Source of the DNA: Antedon mediterranea
Taxonomy: Eukaryota; Animalia; Echinodermata
DNA: 64,000 nucleotides
Reading direction: 5' to 3'
Assembly: GCF_964355755.1 (NCBI RefSeq)
Contig: NC_092678.1
Span: 19,981,365 to 20,045,364, forward strand
The position numbers were made by a program, and so were the translations under genes. Of this stretch, positions 23,201 through 37,785 are shown in pieces (the stretch's first letter is position 1; every line of letters begins with the position of its first letter). The notes under the pieces are model-generated. The model was not told the DNA's origin and ran no database searches. It saw only the letters and a list, made by a program, of their open reading frames with translations.

Positions 23201-26200
23201 TGAAGGACAAAATATATAGCTCATGTTTTTCTGTTTTCTTTTCGTCTCTTAATTTAATTTTCTTGTTTTGTTTTTAGATAAACAATTTGATGATGAATAA
23301 CGGTTATTTAAATTTTTTTTAAATAAATTCATTTTTTTTTATCTTAATCATAAAAGAATTGTATAATAATTGATTATAATTTTAGACATATCAAAATAAT
23401 TGTAATAATATCTTTATAGACAAGGCAACTGAAGCACAGCAGCCAGCTGAAACCTCCACCTCTGATGAGGATGTCGAGCTTGACAATCTGGCAACAAGTC
23501 TTGTGGAAGAAACTTTGTCAATAGTAATGGCAGAACACCTGGCCACTGTTCATAACAATGAAGCACATCATCCAACTGCAGGTAGGCCAGCCTTGCATAA
23601 TAGCTTATCCTCTAATATTTTCTTTAGGACATCCCACATATTTTTTTTTTTAGTTTATATTAGTATGCTGTTGGAATATATTACTTTATAATTAAAGTTT
23701 AATTTGAAAAAACTTTTATCACAGTCAACCCACTCACCCCTAGCCTGAATGACTCATTACAACTAACAAGCGCAAAACATCTGCGATCGTCACAAAAACT
23801 AGACACGTCCACCTGCCAGACATCTCAACTTGCAGTCAAGAGCACCAATGACGAAGATGTACAACTCAAAAAGCGTGCAGCTACATTTGTGCAAGATATC
23901 CTAGCCACTGCAGTTGCAAAATGCCAAGCCATAGAACAAGACGAGAACAACACTGACCGTAAGAACATACACTACCATCATGCCTAAGCCAATTGAAAGG
24001 CCTACCACTAGCATAAATAGATATCGAAAAGTAATTCAAGCCATCAAATGTGGAGCATGTGTACCTATAGCCAACCTCTCCCCAACACCCAACCCAGTCC
24101 ACCTCGTTAAATAAACCAATCAATCTCTCATCTTTTTTTATCTCTTGAATTGAAGGACAAAATATATAGCTCATGTTTTTCTGTTTTCTTTTCGTCTCTT
24201 AATTTAATTTTCTTGTTTTGTTTTTAGATAAACAATTTGATGATGAATAACGGTTATTTAAATTTTTTTAAAATAAAGTCTTTTTTTTTTATCTTAATCA
24301 TAAAAGAATTGTATAATAATTGATTATAATTTTAGACATATCAAAATAATTGTAATAATATCTCTATAGACAAGGCAACTGAAGCACAGCAGCCAGCTGA
24401 AACCTCCACCTCTGATGAGGATGTCGAGCTTGACAATCTGGCAACAAGTCTTGTGGAAGAAACTTTGTCAATAGTAATGGCAGAACAACTGGCCACTGTT
24501 CATAACAATGAAGCACATCATCCAACTGCAGGTAGGCCAGCCTTGCATTATAGCTTATCATCTAATATTTTCTTTAGGACATCCCACATGATTTGTTTTA
24601 GTGTATATTAGTATGCTGTTGGAATATATTACTTTAGAATTAAAGTTTAATTTGAAAAAACTTTTATCACAGGAAACTCACTCACTCTTGGCCTTAATGG
24701 CTCATTACAATTAACAAGCGCAAAACATCTGCGATCGACACAAAAACTAGACACGTCCACCTTTGAGACATCACAATTTGCAGTCAAGAGCAACAATAAT
24801 GAGGATGTACAACTCAAACAGCGTGTAGCTACATTTATACAAGATGTCCTAGCCACTGCAGTTGCAAAATATCAAGCCATAGAGCAAGACGAGAACAACA
24901 CTGACCGTAAGAACATACACTACCTTTATGACTAAGCCAATTGATAGGCGGCCTAACCAACCGATTTCCTAAACTGTTATATTTATTAACAATTAGAAAT
25001 CTATATTATAACATATCAATAACCCAATTTGTTTTTGCTCTCCCCCTCCTCCTAGACCTCACAACCTATACTTGTACAGATCGATGGTCAGAATATGGAG
25101 ACACTTTCTTCAGATTGAAAGGAAATACTATGGCAGGTGGCCACTTTGTAAGTAACTCATAGACCCTGCCCCACAAAAACATGTACACAGGCAGTGGCAT
25201 GTGCCTCTTTCAATGTACGCAGTTTAATGAATGTCAAAAAAGAGGAAAACAAATTCTTCTTCCCAAAAATAATTTTTTCCCAACAAAAGCAAAAACCAGA
25301 AAAAGAAAATTTAAGCAAAATAAAGACGATCTAGGCTACCAAACAACAGGACACTGACCTTCACTACATAAAACGTTATTATGCGGATGCTATACGATTA
25401 TGCCCAACCCCACATTAGGCGACTAGTAGTACCACGGTACCATCCATAGTCCATATTATTATTTTTTTTTTTACTATGTTTGAATTTTTTATAGGCATCA
25501 GATTGCAAAAGCATCCAGGAACAGAATGACGAAATGGATGAAGCATTTTATAAGTATGAAGTGGAAAGTGATTATGACTGGATAGACATGGGACCTTCAG
25601 ACCCAAGCGATGAAGAACCAGATGCCTGGGTGAGGCAGAGAGCTATCGCCCAGAGATTAGCAGCCAAGGCTGCAAGGAGATCTTTGAATATTAACCCTGG
25701 TAAGCCAACTGAAGCCTCCATCTGTGATGATGATGAGGAGCTGAACAATCATCCAACTGCAGGTAGGTCAGCCTTGCATAATAGCTTATCATTTAATATT
25801 TTCTTTAGGACATCCCACATGATTTGTTTTAGTATATATTATATAAATATTAAACTTTTATCACAGTCAACTCACTCACTCTTGGCCTGAATGACTCATT
25901 ACAACTAACAAGCACAAAACATCTGCGATCGACACTAAAACTAGACACGTCCACCTGCCAGACATCACAACTTGCAGTCATGTTCACCAATGATGAAGAT
26001 GTGCATCTCAAACAGCAAGCAGCTACCTTTGTACAAAATGTCCTATCAACTGCAGTTGCAAAATGTCAAGACGAGAACAACACTGACCGTAAGAACATAC
26101 ACTATCATCAATTGATAACATACAGTATTTATTTGTAGATTTCTAAAAGAAGTTTTAAGCTGTAAAAAAGGAGTGTGTGTACCTGTAGCCAACCTCTCTC

Positions 26201-27754
26201 CCAACACCCACCCAGTTAAATAGACAAATCAATCTTTCATCTTTTGTTTTTTTAAACAGATTCTTGTTTACATTTGTTCATTCTCATTTTTAAAGGAGAC
26301 AGTATATTAAGCTCATCTTTTTCTGTTTTCTTTTCATCTCTTAATTTCCTTTTCATGCTTTGTTTTTCGACGAAAAATTTTATGATTAAAGAAAATTTGA
26401 ATAAAAAAAGATAAATATTCATGATTTGTTGTTATAATTGTTATTATTATTGTATAATTTTTAGAATATTAATTAATTGTAATAATTATCAAACAAATTT
26501 CTCTATAGACAAGGCAACTGAAGCCCAGCAGAAAACTGCAGCAGAGCAGACAACTGCAGAAAAGCAAACAACTGCAGCCTCCATCTCTGAGGAGGATGAG
26601 GAGCTCGACAAGCTTTCAAATTCTGTTGTTCAAGATGTTTTGTCAAAGGTCGCAGAAAATCTTGCCACCACCAACCTGCTAACTGAAAAACAGCAGACAA
26701 CTGATGCCCAGCAGCCACCTGAATCAGCCTACACGGATACAGTAGAGAAAGATCAGAGGAAAGGTACAATATGACTTTTCATTCATATGAATTTTCATTT
26801 AAGCCTAACCAATCATTTCTTATACTGTTATATTTTTTAACAATTTGATATCTATATTATAACATATCAGTAACTGAATTTCCTTTTACCCTGCCCTAGA
26901 TCTCACAACCGATACTTGCACAGAATACGGAGACCCTTTCTTCGGAATCAAAGGAGATACAGCTATGGCAGGTGGACAATTTGTAAGTAACTCATAGACC
27001 TCACAAAAACAGGTACACAACAAGCAGTGGCATGAGCCTATTTCAATGTACTTAATTTACTGAATGTGAAAAGAGTGAAAAAATAATTCGGCTTCCCAAA
27101 AATAATTTAAAAATAAAGAAGATCTAGGCTATCAAACAACAGGACAATGACCATCCTTGTACATAAAACGTTTTGTGCGTATGCGATATGATTATGCCCC
27201 ACCCCACAACATTTCATTAGAGTCCACGGTACCATCCATAATCCGTATTATTTTTTTAAAGTTTTTACTATGTTTGAATTTTTTATAGGCATCAGATTGC
27301 AAAAGCATCCAGGAACAGAATGACGAAATGGATGAAGCATTTTATAAGTATGGAATGGAAAGTGACTATGACTGGATAGACATGGGACCTACAGACCCAA
27401 GCGACGAAGAACCAGATGCCTGGGTGAGGCAGAGAGCTATCGCCCAAAGATTAGCAGCTAAGGCTGCTATGAAATCATCGAATATTAACCCTGGTAAGTT
27501 TATTTTTATTTTTAAAAGCTGATTTGTTTGTCTACGCTTTACAAATTCTTCCCTATTAGTAGGGCCTCATGAGTACTAAAAATATTCATTCATTTTAATG
27601 TTTAGACCAACACGAGCTACAAGACGTCGACAATGATGAGGAAACAAATTGCCGACCAATAGTAGTTGACATGACATCACTGGCTGACATGACAGCAGAT
27701 GATGATCCAAACTTAACCTATCATGATGCTACGATAGACCAATACAATTACTGA
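20213..27754 (+). CDS. Array gene copy 3: about 963 aa, 9 AKAP-like helices (16 exons)
   Basis: Exons: 20213-20279, 21705-21833, 21962-22195, 22430-22591, 22733-22966, 23420-23581, 23725-23958, 24370-24531, 24673-24906, 25056-25147, 25495-25762 (alternative 25699), 25867-26088, 26509-26763, 26900-26982, 27289-27493, 27606-27754. Sum is 2892 nt. Confidence 0.8.
20808..21480. repeat. CTAG-rich block, intron 1 of copy 3
   Basis: Paralog of 5690-6335 with several short TA-bounded indels. Confidence 0.9.
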
Positions 27755-30009
27755 ATACTTTAATCATATTTACAATGGACTAATTATAATCATTTCAATA
27801 TTAATTTTTACGATAAGGATACATTATTTGATATGTTTGTTTTATGAATTTTACAGTTGTGCAATAATAAATGAAAATTTGATATATATATTGTAAACTT
27901 TGTTTTTAATTTTATTTATTTCTCTTTCGGGCTTTTGATTTTAATATAGTTAATGAAATCTTTTTACTTTCCTACATTGAAGTACTTTCTATTATAATAA
28001 TTATAAATAAGATAAGAATTTCACCTAATTAACACATAAAGTACTACAAATCATTATTGTCAATTCTGTATGATTTTAATTGGTTCTATATTAATTATAT
28101 CCTTATTCTCATATAAAACAAAAAATCAATAAAACCGCTAAACTCAGTTTTTAAATAATTTTGATAATTTAATAAATAAAATTTTTGAATACTAGTATTG
28201 TAAGATGAAATGACAGAAATGTTAAAATTATTGAGAGAATTTAAAATATTAATTAATTCAGGCTTCTCTGATTATTGTTAAAAAAACCAAAAATAACACT
28301 CTGACAACATAAAATCAGAGCCATATAAATATATATATATGGCTCTGCATAAAATAATTTTTAACGGTCGATAAACTTTTTAACAGCACTTAGGCCCAAC
28401 ATTCGGTTCACGATGTGAGGACATAGTTACCATTTCTGGCATTATTATTATTATTATTTTATTTTTCTTTTATTAGGTGATATTTTATAATAAAAAGATC
28501 ACTTATTGTTATTGTATGAAAATATTATTATTGTTTTACTTTATTTTTAGTCGCATTCAACGGTCGGTCGGTTGGTCGGTAAATACTAACTTGAGCACAC
28601 GACTGCAACCATGTATATGGACTTGTTTCTTATTTTTACTATTTCAAAGACTTATTTTTTCACCAAAACACTTGGCGTTTGTCCATCCATAGTCGTCAGT
28701 TCTTGCACTTTTTTTAAATACCTTTTTGACAAAATTCTCCGGCCCAATTTCCACATTTAAATTAGTTTATTTTTGCACAGTGACAACATCGTCGCAGATC
28801 CGTTTTTAATAGTGGGTGAAGGGATGTATAAAAATGAAATACTTTGCGAGCGAACCAAGGGCCCAGGTCGGGAACCAGGGGGATGGGGGAAAGCCCACTT
28901 GAAAGCTCGGCTCTTTGAGTAATTTATAGATCGTTTCAATCGATTTCTGAACACATAAAAATTCCACCCAGAAGAATACAATTAGGTTACGCATTTTTTA
29001 AGCACTGGTCCTGATGCCCCACTGGGTATATATTCACACAAAATATATAATCTTTATTTGTATGTAGATACTGTATTTTCAGAAATTACATACGATATGT
29101 CGATATAAGAAGTCTTACTTTATATTTCATTTCAATAATTTAACGATTTTGCCTTTCAAAAGTGAGGGGGACAATCACTCACTAATCAAATTATCTACAA
29201 CTCCGTGGATGCGTAAGATCGTATCTGTAAATTTGGTGATTTACTATAACAACTTTTAATTGATGTCCACTTGTCTGTTGTTAGTAACATACCTTTTACG
29301 AGCTTATATCGAATATTCTTCTTATGGCATGAGAACATTTCCCGAATGATCTTAATCGAAACGGTACTGAGTTTGGTCTTCTAGCGTCCCAGCCGCTCCC
29401 CCAAAAGTCATCCATTCAGAAGCACTGATGAACACAGTTTATCCGTGGTGGCTATGAGTGGTCCGGTCCCGGGACATGACTAATTATAATTATGCCCGAG
29501 AGCACTCTATAGAATTTCAATGAATTGTATGTTTGTACTAACTTAATGCTGTACTTTATTCTTTATTCTTACAACCAACAGTGCACGGGTTCATAATACA
29601 AATATATATTTAAAAACACAACGATAACATGTTTATAATAATACCGTTCAAAAAACATTTAAATTGCGAACCGCAACAGTTAAAAATACCTAAAAAATTA
29701 TTAGATTTATAATTATAAATCTTGAAACGAAGATTATGAACACAGACATTAAATTAAATTAGATTAAGACATTTAAACAGAAAAAAATAAATAAAAAAAA
29801 TAAAGTCCTGTTTTGCTTTTCTTTTAAATGGGGAAAACGATATATACTATATAACTTAGATTTAATAATTCATTAATTTTGTAGACGATTTCAATAAATC
29901 GTATAAATTAATAATATAACACATAGGCCATGTTTCATTTTATACCTACACTTTCTTAAAATTATTTTTGTGTTTGTAAACATTAATGTTTAAAAAACAA
30001 ACATTCTTT

Positions 30010-30225
30010 GTGCCGCACTTGGGGTATGCGTATGACATGTCGGTGCGCTTTGCATGACGTCACACAATCACCATGGATAGAAATGTAAACGTACGCACGA
30101 AACAAAACCTCAAATGGCAACTAGCGACAGCTTGTGCCGGATGGCTGGTGAATAGCCCGATAAATATCGGTCGTTTTTCCAGTCTTTACAACCGTTTTCG
30201 GAAGTATTTTAATAAATTAATTGAT
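30010..30225 (+). promoter_or_regulatory. Putative promoter of copy 4
   Basis: Same as copy 2; CRE at 30055-30062. Confidence 0.55.
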
Positions 30226-33200
30226 ATGCCTATTTCTCTTTGTTGTGGAATTAAACTCCGCCTTCCCAAATGTTTACGTAGAACAAGAATAGGTAAGTTA
30301 ATTACGTTACATTACAACATAGGCCTAGTCTGATTCTAACTTTAGGCAAGTTATCCTATCTAGGCACCATGCCTAATTTAGGTTATATTACAATGATCTG
30401 CGCACTTAATTAGTAACTGGTGTTGTTTTCTTTACATTTTTGGTAGGCCTATTTACACTTTAAAAAGATAAGGTTAAAAGTATTAAAACTATGGGAAAAT
30501 GGCATAATTATTGTTACAATAATGTTTGTTGTTTATGTAACCGTAGTTACTGAACTTGTAGTGGTGCGTATAAAATGGTCGCGTAAAAGAGCATCAGCGC
30601 GGTCTTAGTTGACCTCTCACGTCACGAGATCACAAAAAGCGGTGTGACGTATGTAAAACAATGAATTGCTCTGGGGGGCGTGGCCTGTATTATAATCACA
30701 ATGCTATTGGTGTAAAGTTAGGCGCTTAATTACGTCATAAAATGAAAAAAAAATCGTGATACGTTGCGAGTGTGTGGGGTGTGTTTGTTGTCGAGAGTCG
30801 GTGGTTGATCGGGGGTCGGATCCGTGGACGTGGTAGTTTGTACTAGCTTAGGCCTTAGGCTAGCTATAGGCCTACTAGGCCTAGTAGTAGAAGCAGTAGG
30901 CCTACTGGCCAAAACCACAAAACATGCCTAGCTAGGCCTAGGTAGCGGTACTACTACTAGCCTACTACAGTAGGGGTAGGCCTAGTACTAGCCTAGCCTA
31001 TAGAGGGCCTAGCTAGGCCTAGAGCCTGCCCTGAGGCTAGCCTAGCCTCAGCTCAGGCCTAGCTAGAGTAGTAGGTCTAGACTCTCTAGGCTAGGCCTAA
31101 TGCTAGTCATCTAGGCCCTAGCTAGGCTAGCCTCTAGCCAGCTACACTAGCTTAGCCTCTCTATAGCTTTAGCCTAGGCTAGTAGGGTAGGTAGGCCTAA
31201 TTAGTATATAGAATTATAGGTTAGGCAGCCTAACCTAGAGGCCTACTACTAGGCTAGCCTAGGCCTTAGCCTAGTACTAGCTAGTAGAAAGCTAGCCTCT
31301 AGCTAGGGCTAGGCCTACTATTATAGGCTAGACTAGCCTAGTATTAACTATTATTAGTTTAATAGTTTAGTATTACGAGGCCTCTCACTAGGCGATCCTA
31401 TACTAAGCTACCCAAGAGTATAAGAGCCTACCTAGCTAGGAGGCCTGGCTAGTATTTTAGGCTGTGCCCTATCTAGCCTAGTTGATATCCCTTCCCAACC
31501 AACACTCTATCTTCACGCATTGCAAGGCCGTAGCGAGAGGTTAAAATCAGACGAAGCAATATGCTTTTAATATAATTATATTATATAAAATATGAACTCA
31601 GCTTCTTAGTGGGCTGGGTTGTGAAATTTTCAGAGATAATTCGAGCGCCTCTTCTTCCTCATGCTAACTACGGCCCTGCATTGTTCATATTGGTATCTTT
31701 TTTTGTAGTTGTAGCAGTCTTACCAGCAGGACCCCCAGCCCCAGTAGTAGCAGCAGCAACAGGAGATGTAGAAGATGAATCCTATAGACCAATAGATGGA
31801 AGTTCAAACAATCAATCATCATCTTCACCTGCTGCAGGTAGGCCAGCCTTGCATAATAGCCTATCATTTACTATTTTCCTTAGGACACCACAGATTTGTA
31901 TACAGTATATAGGGTATGCTGTTTACTTTAGAATTAAAGATTAATTTGAAAAATTTTTATCACAGTCAACTCACTCACTCCTGGCCTGAATGACTTATTA
32001 CAACTAACAAGCGCAAAACATCTGCGATTGACACTAAAACTAGACACGTCCACCTGCCAGACATCGCAACTTGCAGTCAAGAGCACCAATGACGAAGATG
32101 TGCAACTCAAAAAGCGTGCAGCTACATTTGTACAAGATGTCCTAGCCACTGCAGTTGCAAAATGCCAAGCCATAGAACAAGACGAGAACAACACTGACCG
32201 TAAGAACATACACTACCTTTATGCCTAAGCCAATTGAAAGGCCTACCACTAGCATAAATAGATATCGAAATAATTTTCTTGTTTTGTTTTTAGATAAAGA
32301 ATTTGATGATGAATAATTGTTATTTGAATTTTTTTTAAATAAAGTCTTTTTTTTATCTTAATCATAAAAGAATTGTATAATAATTGATTATAATTTTAGA
32401 CATATCAAAATAATTGTAATAATGTCTCTTTAGACAAGGCAACTGAAGCACAGCAGCCAGCTGAAACCTCCACCTCTGATGAGGATGTCGAGCTTGACAA
32501 TCTGGCCACAAATCTTGTGGAAGAAACTTTGTCAGTAGTAATGGCAGAACAACTGGCAACTGTTCATAACAATAAAGCACATTATCCAACTGCAGGTAGG
32601 CCAGCCTTGCATAATAGGTTATCATTTAATATTTTCTTTAGGACATCCCACATGATTTGTTTTAGTGTATATTAGTATGCTGTTGGAATATATTACTTTA
32701 GAATTAAAGTTTAATTTGAAAAAACTTTTATCACAGGCAACTCACTCACTCTTGGCCTGAATGATTCATTACAACTAACAAGCACAAAAAATCTGCGATC
32801 GTCACAAAAACTAGACACGTCCACCTGCCAGAGATCTCAACTTGCAGTCAAGAGCACCAATGACGAAGATGTACAACTCAAAAAGCGTGCAGCTACATTT
32901 GTGCAAGATATCCTAGCCACTGCAGTTGCAAAATGCCAAGCCATAGAACAAGACGAGAACAACACTGACCGTAAGAACATAATACACTACCATCATGCCT
33001 AAGCCAATTGAAAGGCCTACCACTAGCATATAGATATCGAAAAGTAATTCAAGCCATCAAATGTGGAGCATGTGTACCTAAAGACAACCTCTCCCCAACA
33101 CCCAACCCAGTCCACCTCGTTAAATAAACCAATCAATCTCTCATCCTTTTTTTATAATTGATTAAATTCTCTTTCACATTTATATTTAGATTTGTTCTCA

Positions 33201-36200
33201 GAATTGAAGGACAAAATATATAGCTCATGTTTTTCTGTTTTCTTTTCGTCTCTTAATTTAATTTTCTTGTTTTGTTTTTAGATAAACAATTTGATGATGA
33301 ATAACGGTTATTTAAATTTTTTTTAAATAAATTCATTTTTTTTTATCTTAATCATAAAAGAATTGTATAATAATTGATTATAATTTTAGACATATCAAAA
33401 TAATTGTAATAATATCTTTATAGACAAGGCAACTGAAGCACAGCAGCCAGCTGAAACCTCCACCTCTGATGAGGATGTCGAGCTTGACAATCTGGCAACA
33501 AGTCTTGTGGAAGAAACTTTGTCAATAGTAATGGCAGAACACCTGGCCACTGTTCATAACAATGAAGCACATCATCCAACTGCAGGTAGGCCAGCCTTGC
33601 ATAATAGCTTATCCTCTAATATTTTCTTTAGGACATCCCACATATTTTTTTTTTTAGTTTATATTAGTATGCTGTTGGAATATATTACTTTATAATTAAA
33701 GTTTAATTTGAAAAAACTTTTATCACAGTCAACCCACTCACCCCTAGCCTGAATGACTCATTACAACTAACAAGCGCAAAACATCTGCGATCGTCACAAA
33801 AACTAGACACGTCCACCTGCCAGACATCTCAACTTGCAGTCAAGAGCACCAATGACGAAGATGTACAACTCAAAAAGCGTGCAGCTACATTTGTGCAAGA
33901 TATCCTAGCCACTGCAGTTGCAAAATGCCAAGCCATAGAACAAGACGAGAACAACACTGACCGTAAGAACATACACTACCATCATGCCTAAGCCAATTGA
34001 AAGGCCTACCACTAGCATAAATAGATATCGAAAAGTAATTCAAGCCATCAAATGTGGAGCATGTGTACCTAAAGACAACCTCTCCCCAACACCCACCCCA
34101 GTCCACCTCGTTAAATAAACCAATCAATCTCTCATCTTTTTTTTATAATTGGTTAAATTCTCTTTCACATTTATATTTAGATTTGTTCTCAGAATTGAAG
34201 GACAAAATATATAGCTCATGTTTTTCTGTTTTCTTTTCGTCTCTTAATTTAATTTTCTTGTTTTGTTTTTAGATAAACAATTTGATGATGAATAACGGTT
34301 ATTTAAATTTTTTTTAAATAAAGTCTTTTTTTTTTATCTTAATCATAAAAGAATTGTATAATAATTGATTATAATTTTAGACATATCAAAATAATTGTAA
34401 TAATATCTTTATAGACAAGGCAACTGAAGCACAGCAGCCAGCTGAAACCTCCACCTCTGATGAGGATGTCGAGCTTGACAATCTGGCAACAAGTCTTGTG
34501 GAAGAAACTTTGTCAATAGTAATGGCAGAACACCTGGCCACTGTTCATGACAATGAAGCACATCATCCAACTGCAGGTAGGCCAGCCTTGCATTATAGCT
34601 TATCATCTAATATTTTCTTTAGGACATCCCACATGATTTGTTTTAGTGTATATCAGTATGCTGTTGGAATATATTACTTTAGAATTAAAGTTTAATTTGA
34701 AAAAACTTTTATCACAGGTAACTCACTCACTCTTGGCCTGAATGATTCATTACAACTAACAAGCGCAAAACATCTGCGATCGACACAAAAACTAGACACG
34801 TCCACCTGCCAGACATCGCAACTTGCAGTCAAGAGCATCAACGACGAAGATATGGAAATCAAACAGCGTGCAGCTACCTTTGTGCAAGATGTCCTAGCCA
34901 CTGCAGTTGCAAAATGCCAAGCCATAGAACAAGACGAGAACAACACTGACCGTAAGAACATACACTACCATCATGCCTAAGCCAATTAAAAGGCCTACCA
35001 CTAGCATAAATAGATATCGAAAAGTAGTTTAAGCCATCAAAGTTGGAGCATGTGTACCTAATGCCAACCTCTCCCCAACACCCACCACAGTCCACCTCAA
35101 TAAATAAACCAATCTCTCATCTTTTTTATAATAATTGGTTAAATTCTTGTTCACATTTATATTTAGATTTGTTCTCAGAATTGAAGGACAAAATATATAG
35201 CTCATGTTTTTCTTTTTTCTTTTCGTCTCTTAATTTAATTTTCTTGTTTTGTTTTTAGATAAAGAATTTGATGATGAATAACGGTTATTTAAATTTTTTT
35301 TAAATAAAGTCTTTTTTTTTATCTTAATCATAAAAGAATTGTATAATAATTGATTATAATTTTAGACATATCAAAATAATTGTAATAATATCTTTATAGA
35401 CAAGGCAACTGAAGCACAGCAGCCAGCTGAAACCTCCACCTCTGATGAGGATGTCGAGCTTGACAATCTGGCAACAAGTCTTGTGGAAGAAACTTTGTCA
35501 ATAGTAATGGCAGAACAACTGGCCACTGTTCATAACAATGAAGCACATCATCCAACTGCAGGTAGGCCAGCCTTGCATTATAGCTTATCATCTAATATTT
35601 TCTTTAGGACATCCCACATGATTTGTTTTAGTGTATATTAGTATGCTGTTGGAATATATTACTTTTGAATTAAAGTTTAATTTGAAAAAAACTTTTATCA
35701 CAGGCAACTCACTCACTCTTGGCCTTAATGGCTCATTACAATTAACAAGCGCAAAACATCTGCGATCGACACAAAAACTAGACACGTGTACCTGTGAGAC
35801 ATCACAATTTGCAGTCAAGAGCAACAATAATGAGGATGTACAACTCAAACAGCTTGTAGCTACATTTATACAAGATGTCCTAGCCACTGCAGTTGCAAAA
35901 TGTCAAGCCATAGAGCAAGACGAGAACAACACTGACCGTAAGAACATACACTACCTTTATGCCTAAGCCAATTGATAGGCGGCCTAACCAACCGATTTCC
36001 TAAACTGTTATATTTATTAACAATTAGAAATCTATATTATAACATATCAATAACCCAATTTGTTTTTGCTCTCCCCCTCCTCCTAGACCTCACAACCTAT
36101 ACTTGTACAGATCGATGGTCAGAATATGGAGACACTTTCTTCAGATTGAAAGGAAATACTATGGCAGGTGGCCACTTTGTAAGTAACTCATAGACCCTGC

Positions 36201-36994
36201 CCCACAAAAACATGTACACAGGCAGTGGCATGTGCCTCTTTCAATGTACGCAGTTTAATGAATGTCAAAAAAGAGGAAAACAAATTCTGCTTCCCAAAAA
36301 TAATTTTTTCCCAACAAAAGCAAAAACCAGAAAAAGAAAATTTAAGCAAAATAAAGACGATCTAGGCTACCAAACAACAGGACACTGACCTTCACTACAT
36401 AAAACGTTATTATGCGGATGCTATACGATTATGCCCAACCCCACATTAGGCGACTGGTAGTACCACGGTACCATCCATAGTCCATATTATTTTATTTTTT
36501 TTATTTACTATGTTTTAATTTTTTATAGGCATCAGATTGCAAAAGCATCCAGGAACAGAATGACGAAATGGATGAAGCATTTTATAAGTATGGAGTGGAA
36601 AGTGACTATGACTGGATAGACATGGGACCTACAGACCCAAGCGACGAAGAACCAGATGCCTGGGTGAGGCAGAGAGCTATCGCCCAGAGATTAGCAGCTA
36701 AGGCTGCTATGAAATCATCGAATATTAACCCTGGTAAGTTTATTTTTATTTTTAATAGCTGATTTGTTTGTCTACGATTTACAAATTCTTCCCTATTAGT
36801 AGGGCCTCATGAGTACTAAAAATATTCATTCATTTTAATATTTAGACCAACACGAGCTACAAGACGTCGACAATGATGAGGAAACAAATTGCCGACCAAT
36901 AGTAGTTGACATGACATCACTGGCTGACATTACAGCAGATGATGATTCAAACTTAACCGATCATGATGCTACGATAGACCAATACAATTACTGA
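30226..36994 (+). CDS. Array gene copy 4: about 819 aa, 9 AKAP-like helices (14 exons)
   Basis: Exons: 30226-30292, 31709-31837, 31966-32199, 32434-32595, 32737-32970, 33424-33585, 33729-33962, 34415-34576, 34718-34951, 35400-35561, 35704-35937, 36087-36178, 36529-36733, 36846-36994. Sum is 2460 nt. Confidence 0.8.
30841..31482. repeat. CTAG-rich block, intron 1 of copy 4
   Basis: Essentially identical to 5690-6335. Confidence 0.9.
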
Positions 36995-37169
36995 ATACTT
37001 TAATCATATTTACAATGGACTAATTATAATCATTTCAATATTAATTTTACGATAAAGATACATTATTTGATATGTTTGTTTTATGAATTTTACAGTTGTG
37101 CAATAATAAATGATAATTTGATATATATTGTAAACTTTGTTTTAAATTTTATTTATTTCTCTGTGATAT

Positions 37170-37630
37170 ATATCTCAAGTGGACCCAATTTGGTACAAGG
37201 GGAGCACAGCGATATAACAGAAATAAAGTCACTAAATGTTAATATCTCATTTCGTATGTTAATAAACTGTGCTCAAGTGGACCCAATTTGAAACCAATGG
37301 AGCACACTGATATAAAATAGAAATAAGTTACTGACTTTAATATCTTTTCGTATGTACTGTGCTCAAGTGGACCCAATTTGGCGCCAGTGGAGCACACTGA
37401 TATAACATAGAAAATAATTAAGTCACTGAACTTTAATATCTGTTTGTATGTTCTATACATTGTAAGCAAGTGGACCCAATCTTGCGCCAGTGGAGCACAG
37501 ATAATATGGAAATAAAATATTTCATTCGTATGTTAATACACGTCTGTTCTCATGCGCAAGTGGACCCAATTTGGTTCTAGTGGAGAACAGTGATATAAAA
37601 TAAAAATAATAAAGTCACTGCATTTTATTA
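37170..37630 (+). repeat. Degenerate ~95-bp tandem repeat x5
   Basis: Core CAAGTGGACCCAATTTG...GGAGCAC recurs at about 37175, 37274, 37364, 37467 and 37557. Confidence 0.85.
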
Positions 37631-37785
37631 ATTTTTTTTATGTTAATACAGAGCTGAGAGCACTCGACCTGAGCATGACTTGTTGCGCCACAAAGTAGTA
37701 CATGACTGGACAGCTGATAATAGTCTATTTATACGTGTATTACGTAATTCTACGTCATACATATTAACCTTGTCAAAACCAAAAT

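Larger units (their letters stand above)
1..37162 (+). repeat. Tandem segmental duplication array (units about 10-15 kb) with nested roughly 1-kb exon-pair duplications
   Basis: Near-identical spacer, promoter and gene blocks recur. Identity to the other copies ends at about 37162 (tttatttctct|gtgat versus tttatttctct|ttcggg). Confidence 0.95.

Noticed and set aside
945-36762. ORF-track entries as independent small genes, including minus-strand ORFs such as MISYNARLAYL... and MFLRSVLFSS...
   Set aside because: Plus-strand ORFs are exons read into introns. Minus-strand ORFs are antisense shadows that recur only because of the duplication.
1-37162. Whole array as a pure assembly artefact
   Set aside because: Copies differ in exon architecture, TE insertions and many substitutions. 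Local mis-assembly of the near-identical blocks remains possible.
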